64,000 bases of DNA from Ascidiella aspersa (Eukaryota), in contig OZ004607.1 of the NCBI GenBank assembly GCA_963924565.1, positions 12,028,001 to 12,092,000 on the forward strand, given 5' to 3'. The position numbers were made by a program, and so were the translations under genes. The notes below the pieces were generated by a model, which made no database searches, was not told the DNA's origin, and was given only the letters and a program-made list of their open reading frames with translations. Positions 52,736 through 64,000 of this stretch are shown piece by piece; position 1 is the first letter of the stretch; each line of letters starts with the position of its first letter.

Positions 52736-53406
52736 CAATGTTTTTCAACCTTTTTTACCCCGGGGCGCACTTGAAAACTTCTAAAAATGTCCGGGCACCT
52801 GGCAAATAAGCAAAAACGTTGTTTGATGGGCTTGATATATCTATTTGATTTCTAGCAAGTTTTTTTACATAGGCCTCCTAATTTCATTATCTATAAAGTG
52901 CGGTATGCTCTGTGAGATAAGCCAAAAGCGAAAGAAAAATTAAAATAAGCCTTTAATATTTTATGAAAATATACAGTACAAGTTTCAAAAATACACCTGA
53001 CTTTAACAAAATACAATCCCATTTAATAAACTTAACTACCCGACAACAAAAAATATTTTATAAGTAGCAGATATTAAAATAAGAACTTGGACACACCTTT
53101 GGTTTTATGCATGCATAATGGCAATTTTGTGTTAGACTTGTATTTGATGGGACCTCTCATTTCTTTAACATAGATTAATGTAAAATGTTGTTTAAGTCTT
53201 ATTTTGCCCATTTTGGTCTTATTCCGACTATTATTATCTATTGGTCCCATATCGATTTAATTTCAAACTGTGTGTTTTTCTAATTTGTCTTATTGCAGGA
53301 ATTCTTTCAGTGGCTAATTCGTAAAACAATACAGATTTTTAATGTTGTTTTATTTCTTTGCGCACCTGGCCACCTTCCATGGCTAACTGATGGAAAGAAA
53401 TTGCTG
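52736..53406. mobile_element. Decayed hAT MITE in the FoxM1 5'UTR intron
   Basis: caatgtttttcaacc start; GCGCACCTGGCCACCTTCCA subterminal motif shared with 7000-7043; TSD atctagca/atctagag. Confidence 0.6.
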
Positions 53407-54482
53407 ATCTAGAGTATGTAAATTATATATTATATTCCTGAGGAAAAGTCATACTTAGTATATATTTCTTCCTTTGTAAAATTTATATAACCGATTATGG
53501 GTTATCGTTAACAGGATATCCACCTATGGACAGTTGAATACATTAACAAAGAAAAAAGTTAAGAATATATTTAAACTTTACCATCATACACTGAAGTCCT
53601 AAAAATATCTATTTTGAATGAGTAACTAATCAGACGCTTCACAATTTACATACTAGTGCGAAGAAAGTATTTCTGAATTACTCATATACCAAACAGTTAT
53701 TTACAAATTGCCTACTTTTTTGATAATATATATATTTTATAATTGCAACAATTTAGGTTTCATTTAAAAAGACAGACAGGTCTTATATGAGTATTGATTA
53801 TGAATATTACCTATGATCTTGTATCTTACAGTTCAGCTTTTTAGGCAACTGTTAAAAATTATCCACGTTACAATATGCAGTTTATATCACTAAATATATG
53901 CTTTATTTCAAGACACACAAATTTAGAAGTCCTGTCTTTCCACGTAAAAGCCGAAGACAAACAGCAAACCAAACCATGGTTGAACTAAAAGTACTTATAA
54001 ATAATAGTATTTTTAAATAAACTTAGTCATTGTACCAAATAACATGAGTCAATACTTTCCAATCTTAGGACGTCATGCCATTTTAAGAATAAAAGTTTGT
54101 CATTGCAACAACGCAACTTTAAATAATCTAATCAAAGTTTCTAAAAAATTGTAAAATCCTGCACTATGTTGTGTTTTAAATACACTTAAAGTGGCATACT
54201 ATAATAACACACTATGTTTTCTAGCTACTAAACACACTATGTTTTTCAAGAATAAAACATTTAACGTCCTATGTTTTCCACAGCAAGTGACAAAACAAGT
54301 TTGCCAATATCGGCATGTTTATGACTTTATCCATTAAAAATAAAAGCGGTAATTGGTTAATAAATAGCAATATCCTTAACTTTAGGGCAAAACCTAGACT
54401 GGATTTGTAAATCATTTTTAACAAATTCATTGACTTGTTCGATCGATGCTGTACACTTGAAGCAGTTCTTCTCCTCGACCAG

Positions 54483-54515
54483 TTCAAAAACCGTGCCGAC
54501 TTTCAGTCGACCAAT
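54483..54515 (-). promoter_or_regulatory. Candidate FoxM1 core promoter: CHR (TTTGAA), CDE-like GGCAC and CCAAT box
   Basis: Minus strand reads ATTGG...GTCGGCACGGTTTTTGAA inside a CpG-rich island (~54440-54810); further CCAAT boxes at ~54771 and ~54805. Confidence 0.6.
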
Positions 54516-55633
54516 CACGAGCGAGATGCTGAAGGGCACTCTCTAGTGCGCAACTGCGACGTAATCAATTCGAGTGGAGATCGAAAGGCACTTTTCGGAA
54601 CCCCCTTGTAGGCGGTACAGGGACAGCTGCTGTGCGGGACAATCACAAAGTCGCGTCAAGTCAAATTACAAATGTTTAAACGCAACTGACATGATGATTT
54701 TCCACGACAATCTAGTTCGCTACGTCCGCCGCCCGGGGGTCTTTTCAACGCATTTTAGGATTTGTGTAATCCAATATTGAGTTTTTATGCGTGTGCATTT
54801 ACGGATTGGTTGTTAGTGTATTTAAATGCTCGTAAAATTGCATTTGTCTATCGAATCAAAGGCCTTTAATAAACACTGTACGATACTGAAATGGGTCGTG
54901 TCAAACACAGTAAGCACATTGCAAACAGTGTTAAGTTTTGTCACAATAAAAAAAAATTACAGGCACCGACGCTAACTTATATTTAATACGCTTGCGCAAA
55001 CTATACAACTAATATGGCCTGAAGGTAATAAATTATTCAGTGGTGTCTTATATGTCTTATAGAAAACTATTCCAATCGGGAAACCGTTAAAAACCAAAAA
55101 AATAAAAAGGGGCCCGGTAACGCAAAACTTTTGTTGAGCAAACAAACTTGCGAAAGTTTAAAACACACTATTTATTGGAAAATCAATGATGGCAAAGCGG
55201 GCCCCTTGGAACAAATCCTATTTTGTGGGTTTTAAACAATATTTTTTATTGGGCCGGATAGTAACCGAAAGGTATCCTTGTGGGTTACGCCTGGGCTAAA
55301 AGCCCCATGGAAGAAGCGTACCATCTACTTTTTTGCCAATTTTTGCACGGTGCAAAACGGACCTGGTGGGGCAAAACATAGAACACTAATAAAAGGTAAT
55401 AATCCTAATTGCTTTTATACGTAGAAGTGTCGGATCAAGGTTTTTTGTTTGAGAGGCGCATAAATATTTTCAGATATATTTTCACAAATTACTTCGCAAC
55501 GTTACGCCATAGTTCAAATAATATACATGGCGTCTCGCAAGCTGAAAATATTTTATTAAAGTAGGCCTACGCCAAAAACAGATCACAAAATATAATAAGG
55601 CCTAGTACTGTGCGTAAGTAGCATTGTATCTAT

Positions 55634-55720
55634 ATAAAAGTTAAATTTTTATAAATACAGAAAAAGTTAAATTTTTATAAAATTTTTTTTTTTTATAAAA
55701 GTTAAATTTTTATAAATACA
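55634..55720 (+). repeat. AT-rich tandem repeat
   Basis: aaaagttaaatttttataaa(tacag) three times. Confidence 0.75.
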
Positions 55721-56229
55721 GCTTTTTCGACGTTAAACACTTCTGTTTAGCAAACCAATATTGACGCTGGCAATTTTCATTATCGAAAAAAAGTGAGAGG
55801 CCTATACGTTTTGTCCCGCTTTCTCCTGAGGACAAAAAATATATACTTATTGCCTTGTCACGTAGGCTATTAAAGGAGAATGTCACCAATAAAACAATAG
55901 TAGGCTACGCTATTATTAAATACAAAGCAATATATATTAGCCATGTCTTGTAGAGGCAGATCAAGGATTTTTGTTTGGGAGGCAGCATGAAAATTCCTCG
56001 GTGATGACAATAAAATGTTACGTCATAGATTGAAAGGTGACGTCAAAAAGTAACACCTAAACGGAACGTCATAAGTAGTGACATGAAGAAAATCACACAG
56101 TTCCTTTAGTTCGTGTTTGGAAGGAGAGTTGTTACTAACAATACAGAAGAGTTGTCAAAATATTTTATTTTGAGTAAAAACTCCTTTTGAGCTTAAACAA
56201 TTTTATCGAAATAGGCTAATAGGCTAGAT

Positions 56230-56639
56230 CAGGGTTCTTCAACCGGTGTGCACGGTTCACCCTAGGTGAACCAAAATATGCATGGGGTGCACCAGTACGA
56301 AAATACAAGGATGTATCACAAACTTTTTATGAACCATTAATATTTGACAGATCCGTAGATAAAATATGATTAAATAGTCTCTTTTCTATTTTCTCAAGTT
56401 TGTTTCAATGCTGTTTTATGACATGCAATTATACTCGCAAGCAGCCTGGAAGCCATAGTCGAACTCTCACCGATAGTGTGTTCGGCAGCTCAGCTTGGTT
56501 TAATTGACACGATATTGATATGCATATTAATTTTTCATATCGCTTTTTACCTCAGATTACGTTTTAAGCAAACAGGGTGAATGAGCTCGTCGCAACAACT
56601 TTAAGGGTTCACAAAACCGAAAAAGGTTAAAGAGCACTG
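56230..56639. mobile_element. hAT (Charlie-like) MITE
   Basis: CAGGGTTCTTCAACC / GGTTAAAGAGCACTG; perfect 8-bp TSD ggctagat. Confidence 0.85.
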
Positions 56640-58900
56640 GGCTAGATAGATACAAGAAACACAACTTAAATTTGTGCGACGTAGAATGTGAAGTCGAGAA
56701 CCTAACCATATCGAACGGCGATACAAATTTAAATGTTGTCTGCTTGTGGAGTCGCACAAAGTAAGCTGTCGATTTTCTTGCAGTTAGTTTTTTACACAGT
56801 TTAGGCCCAGAACCTACTTAAATAACTTTTTACGTGACAACTTTTCGCAGATAGCTTACTTAGAAGTTAAAAAAGGTAAACTTCAAAGTTAGAATAAAAC
56901 AGTGTTCATTGTTTTTTAAATATTTGTTTTGCTAAAATTATCTCGTCAGGTCATGTAAATGATACTTAAAGCGCAACGATTATTTTTTTAAATAAGATGT
57001 CCGATCTTGCTACCACGAGTTTTGTTTGGTATTACATTTACAAAACTGTAAATTTACGATAGCGTTTTATTATGCCTAATCGTATGAAATTTTCAAATGC
57101 AGAACAATTCCAAAACTGCTGGTGTCACTTCAACCCGCAAACAAGGTTATACAAGTGTAACTACGCATTTCATTTAATTTTCTTAGTTCATAAAACTAAG
57201 GCAGAGCACACCACTCTTACACAAAGGAATGTGTATTTTCTAACACTTTGTTGCGCAACAGGCGATTAATTCGAAAGAAGAAAGAAAAATATATATACCT
57301 GGCGAAATAAATTACATCTAGAATCGTACACAAAAGAGATTCAGAGCAGCAAGTAAAGAGAAAGAAGCCTACGTCTACGGGCCTCGGCGCCCCAAGAGTA
57401 AAAGCCACGGAAATACAGTTAAGCGAACAAAGGGATGTAAAATCACACCAGGCGAATAAAGAGGCAGTAGAACACAACCTTGCATTACTATTTTAAGGCG
57501 GGTCGCAAAAAGAAATGGACGCCAAAGCTAAAAACCGCAGGCCAACCAATGCAAGCGCGTATCAGCCAAACTTGGAAGATAGTACAAAGCGTTTAAGCAA
57601 AATTGGCGACTTATATTTGGTAGATAAATGAGATTTGGGCGTGTTTTAAAAGTTCACGGTGACAACCTAAAACCAACGTTCTTAGTAGACTAAACGACAT
57701 AAGTGGCCCGCTCTGAAAACTTAAGTTAGAAGTGGTGAAATGAAAACTCGAGAAAGGCGCTCTTTTATACTGCTTTAGTTCGCAATGTTACGTCATATGA
57801 ATTTGAACGACGGTTTACATAACAAAAAAACTAGCAATTGCAAACAGTTTAGCTTTAAAGAACGTAGCTATGGAAGACGCGATGATAGACAAAATGACAA
57901 ATTTAAAATTTACAAGCATTTAAAGGAAGTTCACATTTGGCCAAAACTGTTTTTCAGCACATTTCACCTTAGGCTGCTTTACATTACGTGTTTTTGCCGG
58001 ACTTACTAGGTCGTTACATATCTAAGCTTTTTAGTTCGGTATTTTTTTAAGCTACACAAAACAGCACACCAGCGTTTTAAAAAATACCACAAAGAAAATG
58101 ATTGCGAGTTGAATGGCTGAATTTAATTTTAAATTTTTTAACCTTTAACTATTTAAAATAAAACATATCTGGAGGTAAACAAACCTAGCCGTGCCGATAG
58201 ATGTATCTCATTAAGCAAACAACGGCTAGCCGAGTTCGTGACGTAATACCCAATAGTGGTTTCGCTTAATCGACGAATTTCCTTTCACAAAAGCGCGTTG
58301 CTGATTTATGGCCGACGATCATAGGCGCCGACCGACGGAAAGAATGGAATAATCAAACCGCTGCGAAATTGTTTTATTGCAGGAAAGGCGAATGACCTTG
58401 TCGCGGCGCATTGAAGGTCAAACGGCGGGAAGGCGCCCCATTGTTTGTGTGTTAATTGCGCAGCCGGAGACCGAAATCACAGTAAGGGAAGGGAATTAGG
58501 CTTCCGAGACTTTGTTCTTTGTTAAAAGCACGCAAGTATGCTGCTAGATTGGCGACAGAAAAGCCTGGGGAAACCCGTTATTACAAAACGTTTCGATTTT
58601 AATAACCTATTTATAAGTGTGTATATCCTGTTTGGGGTGGCACTATTTAACCGCAGGTTAGGTTAATTGTTATTCAATTCCAGTTTTTCACAAACAATAT
58701 AATATATACTTGTCTTGACCGAATGAAAGGACGAAAGCAACAGCGCTCCACATAGTATGTTTAAGTAAAATCCGATAAAAAAATTATATTTTTGTGCCTT
58801 TTCGCTTTTCCGCTAGACGACGCTGCGCGTCCGATTTCGACCGGGAGCAGAAGTTGGAACGATCACAGTGCTTGTGCGCGAACAATGGGTCAAAATGACG

Positions 58901-61742
58901 TCACTGAAGTGCGGCCTGTAAGTTGTCGACCCAGTGTTTCGCGGCTTCCGGGGTTTCGGCGATGAAGTGATATTGACGTTTCGAAACTCTTACCTGAAAT
59001 TGCAATTTAACAGTGTTTATAGAAATATGTGCCTACTGCATATAACCGAAAAAAACTTTTCATTATGTGCTGCCCATTTATGTTGTTATTTTTCTTATTT
59101 TACTTACATATACACCTTTAGTAACATGTCAATTTTTAACGTGAAAAGTGCCGTAGCATTCGTACTAACAGGACTGTAACGTATTTAGATTGTTAGACTT
59201 GCGTTTTATTCTCCTTCTGTTTAGTCATTATTTACGTGATTGAAAGTGCGATATAACATAATTAGTACATAAATGGCGACGACGTTTACAATGCTTACAC
59301 TTAACTTTTGAAATCGACAAAGCGGGTTACCTGTAGTGTAACATCAGATGTTTAGACAAAAAATCGATTAAAAACAATTTGGTGATAAAACTGTAGGACA
59401 TTTTGTGCTCTTATAGTTTCATACCAAACCATAGTAAAGCCTCCACTACTGTATTGGCCTTTTAAAACAACTGTTAAACTTCAGAACATTTCTTTAAAAC
59501 TCACTTCGAGAAAGGCGTTTTCATCGACTTCTTTAGGTGCCCCTGATATGGGTTCGATAAGCTGAACCGACTCCAGGTCCTTAAGGGCGATCACGTTTTT
59601 GCAAACGCTGTCTCCTTTGTTCTCGTACTGACGCAGCTGTCAAAAGAGAGCGTTCACGATTCAAGGCTATATTTACTTGTCTGCGGTAAGGGCCGTCGAG
59701 TCTGAATATTCAGCACTTCGGCGTAATAACTCCGGGAATTACCAAGTTTCGGAAAAGGTCTTAGCGCAAAATTGCACTGATGGGGAAAATGTTCAAGTTT
59801 AAAATAACCATTTATAAAACAAAAATACTATCCTTTAATACATATTTTAAAAGCCGAAGCCATTTTGTATATACAAAGAATTAGCATAAATCTAATTATG
59901 TATAAAGATTTTAAGATAATAAACTTATTTTCCTAGCTTTTAGGTATGTAGAAAATGACCGTACTTGTTGGGAGTAGGGGCTTATTATTATTGACCTGAA
60001 ATGACTTGTTGTTTTAAATTCCACTTTAAAGAATTTCGTGACAATCGCTCGCTGTGTTGTACCTCAGTTTAGTCAATAACGCGCAGCGCTGTCTCATAAA
60101 ATAACGAGCGCTGTCTCATGAAATAACGATCTGTCACAATATGTCATCTTAAGGTATTGTTTCCATTCTTTGTTCTCGTGTGAACTGCTTTCGGCCAGTT
60201 AAAATAATTTTACTGTGACGTAAGATGTGCTGTCGTTCAGACTAGAATGTTCAAGATTTTGTTAGTTTTCGTTCAGTTATATTTATCTTTTTAGTTATTA
60301 CACCACTTGTGCCAAAATAAACTCCTTTCATATTTTTTTCCCTCTAAAGCAAAAGACAAGTACGCCAAACTGTCAATTTGATCACAATTTAACTAGGTAC
60401 AGAATGATCCGAATTATAAAGAATAGCCAGGTAAAGTCGATCTCTTAATGTAGCGCATTTGCACACAAATACCAAATCAGCGTTGGGGTTCACGTTAGCC
60501 CCGGCAGACGTTCAAATATGAGTGGTAACAAAGAAAGCTTAATTCAAATAATTGGGAAACCTTTATAAAATCCACCTAAATGCTAATAAAAGTTTTATGT
60601 AATTATAGTATGTTAACAAAATTACGTCCGCGCCTTATTCCAAATGAACGCCAAACGGACTACCTTTGGGGCTGTTACTGGGAAAGTGCAACAAAAAGCT
60701 CACCTCGTGCTTTGTGGTGTCCAACACAAAGTATCTCTGTTTCCAACCCTTGATGTACGCCCCTCGTTTCCACAAGGCTCCCTCGTACGTTCGAACCTGA
60801 ATAACGTAGCAGTTGGTTGGATGTAAAAAACTTAGAAGCATAGAAACAACAATAAACAATTATGTGAGCTTTAATAATGTTTTTTTTCTTAATTTATGAA
60901 TAACGAAAAGAGACAATAGGCGTGACTACCTGAGCTATCTGTCGGGAAGGTTTAAAAACTATTAAAATATAGCTAGAAAAAAAAAACTATTAAAAACAAG
61001 AATTTGCCAGAAAAAAACGATTAAATTACAGATGACTAAATAAAAATTGAAAAAATCCAAAATAATAGTAGCAATCATGAAAAAACAGTTTGGCAACCAT
61101 TATTTTACCCAAACACCATTACAAAAGTGAAACAAACAATGATGAACTGTCAGAAATCACAATTTAAACAACAGAATTATCAAAAATAGGACACGACTAG
61201 TAAAAAAACGTAGAACTATTCAAACAAACCATAACCATTATTATGAGCTTTATTAATATTTTTTTATTTTATGAAATAACAAAAAAAGACAATAGACGTG
61301 ACAAACTGGGCTATCTACCAGGATAGCTCGAAAACTAATAAAAAATAGCTAGGACATAAAAACTATTTAAAACACATAAAAACTATTTAAAATTCTTGCC
61401 AGAATTACAAATGACTAAATAAAAATTCTAAATTCTAAAATGATAGCAGCAAAAAAAAACAGTTTGGCAATCATTGTTATACCTAAACACCATTACAGCT
61501 GAAGCAAACAATCATAAACTGTCAGAAATCAGAATTAAAAAAAATGAATTATTAATAATTGGACAAGGTTACTAAACCGTAAAATCGTCATTTGGTCTAA
61601 TCAGTACCTCCTGTGAGTTGGTTTGGAACTGGTCATACAAAGACACCGTGTCAAACTTTTCTCGAACGCTGTTCTGTGGCGTGAGCGTGTCGGAATCGAA
61701 TCCAGCCTCCGACGAGATACTCTCTTCGCGTATCACACTCCT
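58901..61742 (-). CDS. SBF2: 3' end of SET-binding factor / myotubularin-related protein 5/13 (C-terminal PH domain); the gene continues to the right of 61742 and probably beyond the window
   Basis: Phase-0 exons 61742-61608 (...SLYDQFQT), 60796-60704 ([31 protein letters not shown]), 59636-59505 (LRQYE...CKNVIAL...[13 protein letters not shown]), 58993-58901 ([30 protein letters not shown]). These match the SBF1/SBF2 C-terminus; probably co-orthologous to both. Confidence 0.88.
60086..60129 (+). repeat. 22-bp tandem duplication
   Basis: gcgctgtctcat(a/g)aaataacga twice. Confidence 0.75.
60860..61580 (+). repeat. Diverged tandem duplication (~380-bp period) in an SBF intron
   Basis: ~60860-61215 vs ~61240-61580 share GAGCTTTA.TAAT, GACAATAG.CGTGAC, ATGACTAAATAAAAATT, CAGTTTGGCAA, AACACCATTACA and AACTGTCAGAAATCA. 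Confidence 0.85.
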
Positions 61743-64000
61743 CTGTTAACAAAATATAGAAGTTGCTGTATTTTTTTACTAAAACAGAGCTAATAAACAA
61801 CTTAAAATATTCTGGGTATTTCTGTTAGTAGAACAGCAAAGTTTTTTATAATCGTTTGACAAAAACCGCCTCTTAGTAAGCCTTGCGTATCGTCCTTGTG
61901 GGTTTTATATCGTTATACCGTAATTATACAAACATAACGCATGCGATCTCAACCAAAATGCGCAATAGTAATACAAAAAGGTTGTTACACTTAGGTAGAG
62001 GAACTTTTTAACTCCGCCAGACTGTAATAATTAGAACTTTGTTGGACCAAAGGATCAGTTCGACGAAAGACAGTACAACTTTCAGTCCTAAATTGTTTAT
62101 TTATTCGATAGCACAACGTTTTCAGTGATGCTGAGCTCTTGTCAAACTTATAAGAAACAAAGGAAATTGAATCGCCCAAAGTACTACGCACAAACAACTT
62201 GCAAAAATGCTAGCATGCTTGTCAAAGCCGCTCTCAGTCGAAAAGAAAATGCGCAAACCATGCAGAAACAAAAGTTTGCAAATATAGAGAAATCACAAAA
62301 AAATAAAACGGGAATTGGTTCCTTCAAAGGAAAATAAGGTAGACATAGGGTATAACAATAAAATAAACTTATTACTATTGTTTAACCTAAACAAAATTAA
62401 TTAAGACTAGCAATCTTGAAACTTTGCTTTCAAGTTTTTAAATTTGCCATTTCAAGACGCAAATGCAGCATGAGCAGATTGATTCGTGTAAAATAACAAA
62501 GGGCGACATCTACAGGCCAGGCAGTGCGATATCTACCATCAGCATGGGGGCGCCCAAGCGCCGTGGAGAACTTTCTGTTGTTGTCTTGCTTCGGGGACGG
62601 AATGGCAAAACTTGTTGGTTTTGAAAGAAATCCAATCCCTGGTCGGAGAGTCACATGAGGTCAATGACCAATAGTACCCTCACAGTGATAATAAATTAAC
62701 GAAACGAAAAGGTGTGGGGCATTAACAGATCATCAGCAGACTTCAACAAGTGTTTGGCACATAAACGTTTTAATAATGACTGTGCTGTTGATGGTGCCAT
62801 TCAAAAAGCTCTTTAATTGCCATATTATGCAAATACAAACTATATGCCTTAAAACTTAAACATGATTGTTCCACATGTTTTTGTAGGAATAAGCGCGATA
62901 TAAAATCGTATGGTTTTATTGATAACAACCAAAAAGTGTTCATCGCACAATCATCGAAATTGAGATCATTGGTCCGAATCAGTAGGTAATATCTCCAGCC
63001 TTTAAGGGAAACTAACAAAAAAATACTTTTAGCGACCTATCAAGTATATTCATTAGGACCCCACATTGTGAACAGGCTTGGGGTTACAGTTTACATTTCA
63101 ACTTAAGCTTTTATCATATTTTAAGCTGTGTACCAAGTTGAAGATCAAGATGAACTTCTGGCCTAAATAATTTAAGGGATAGAAATGCAAGCTTCGCAAA
63201 GTCAGTATCAAAGCTTTAGAAAGTAAAACACATGCAGGGCGAAAATAAGTCTTACATCATTAAAGCAGAAAGGCATTAAATGACTCTGATATATTAGCAG
63301 AAATTAGAAATAATGAGGCATGGTAAATAATCAAGCCTTTACACAGAACGATGTAAAATATAGCTTAATATAAAAGTTTTCACAGCGAATGGGTGAAGAA
63401 AAGCCAAGCGCAGCAAACGGAACACAAACTTGCTGTTTTAACGTCACAAAAAGTTGTGTTAGTTCAACTGAATTTTGGTTACTTGATTGGCTCAAACAAG
63501 ATAGGACTTCATTTGGCATTAAAAGCGTTCATGTAAAATAAATGACATGATAGATCTGGCGGTATATGGTTTGGTTACATTAATGATGAAGGTTTATTAC
63601 GTCATAACTTACAAAAAAGTGACGTTTGGGTCTTTGAAGATGCTTCAATAAAATACAAGTTAGATACATATAATAGGGTTAGTTAAATGCGTATTGCACA
63701 GTTAAGATATATTCAGAGCTAACCTCAAATATGAAGATTTAAACAGGTTAAACTATAAATACTAGAAATCTAATTTTTGGTAAGAATTTAACCGAACATT
63801 TTACACTCCTAAAGGAGGCCCTTATAAAGTATCCCGGTAAACAGATGAAGGCTCGATAGAAAATAGATAACATAATAACAGCATTGTCCATTGTTCATTG
63901 TAAACCTCTACTTCAAAGCCCAGAACCCCCGATAAGCAGCACTTGGACTAATATGATTGTGAAACACTAAAACCCAAGCACATGATGGCGTATAACCAAA

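Noticed and set aside
58800-58870. NFCSRSKSDAQ, resembling the end of the SBF PH domain
   Set aside because: It lies after the stop; exon 58993-58901 already completes the domain.
62545-63950. Further upstream SBF exons (~62630-62548 and near 63910-63950)
   Set aside because: Plausible open frames, but no recognisable homology or secure splice sites, so they were not annotated.
1-64000. Most 60-130 aa ORFs in the supplied track
   Set aside because: They have non-ATG starts and no recognisable motifs, or are intron read-throughs and off-frame or antisense shadows of real exons.

Overview
Eukaryotic, AT-rich, intron-rich animal DNA; no prokaryotic features, CRISPR arrays or structural RNA genes were recognised. 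Gene content and compact architecture suggest an invertebrate chordate, probably an ascidian tunicate (inference). I reconstructed five protein-coding genes by hand from splice sites and frame continuity, all on the minus strand. Left to right: (1) a 23-exon, ~1098-aa secreted mosaic protein, SP-LU-FN3x3-LU-CCP-CCP-EGF-CCP-CCP-vWA (12795-31392); (2) MED21; (3) FOPNL/CEP20 (FOR20) with an intronless CDS; (4) an 11-exon FoxM1 with a GC-AG intron and a CHR/CCAAT promoter; (5) the 3' PH-domain end of SBF1/2 (MTMR5/13). The left 11 kb holds a plus-strand multi-exon probable pseudogene, local duplications and nested hAT-type MITEs. The most interesting signals are the uncharacterised mosaic protein, a candidate FoxM1-FOR20 trans-spliced operon, a CpG domain switch inside FoxM1, and a CTCF-like site at another CpG domain border.
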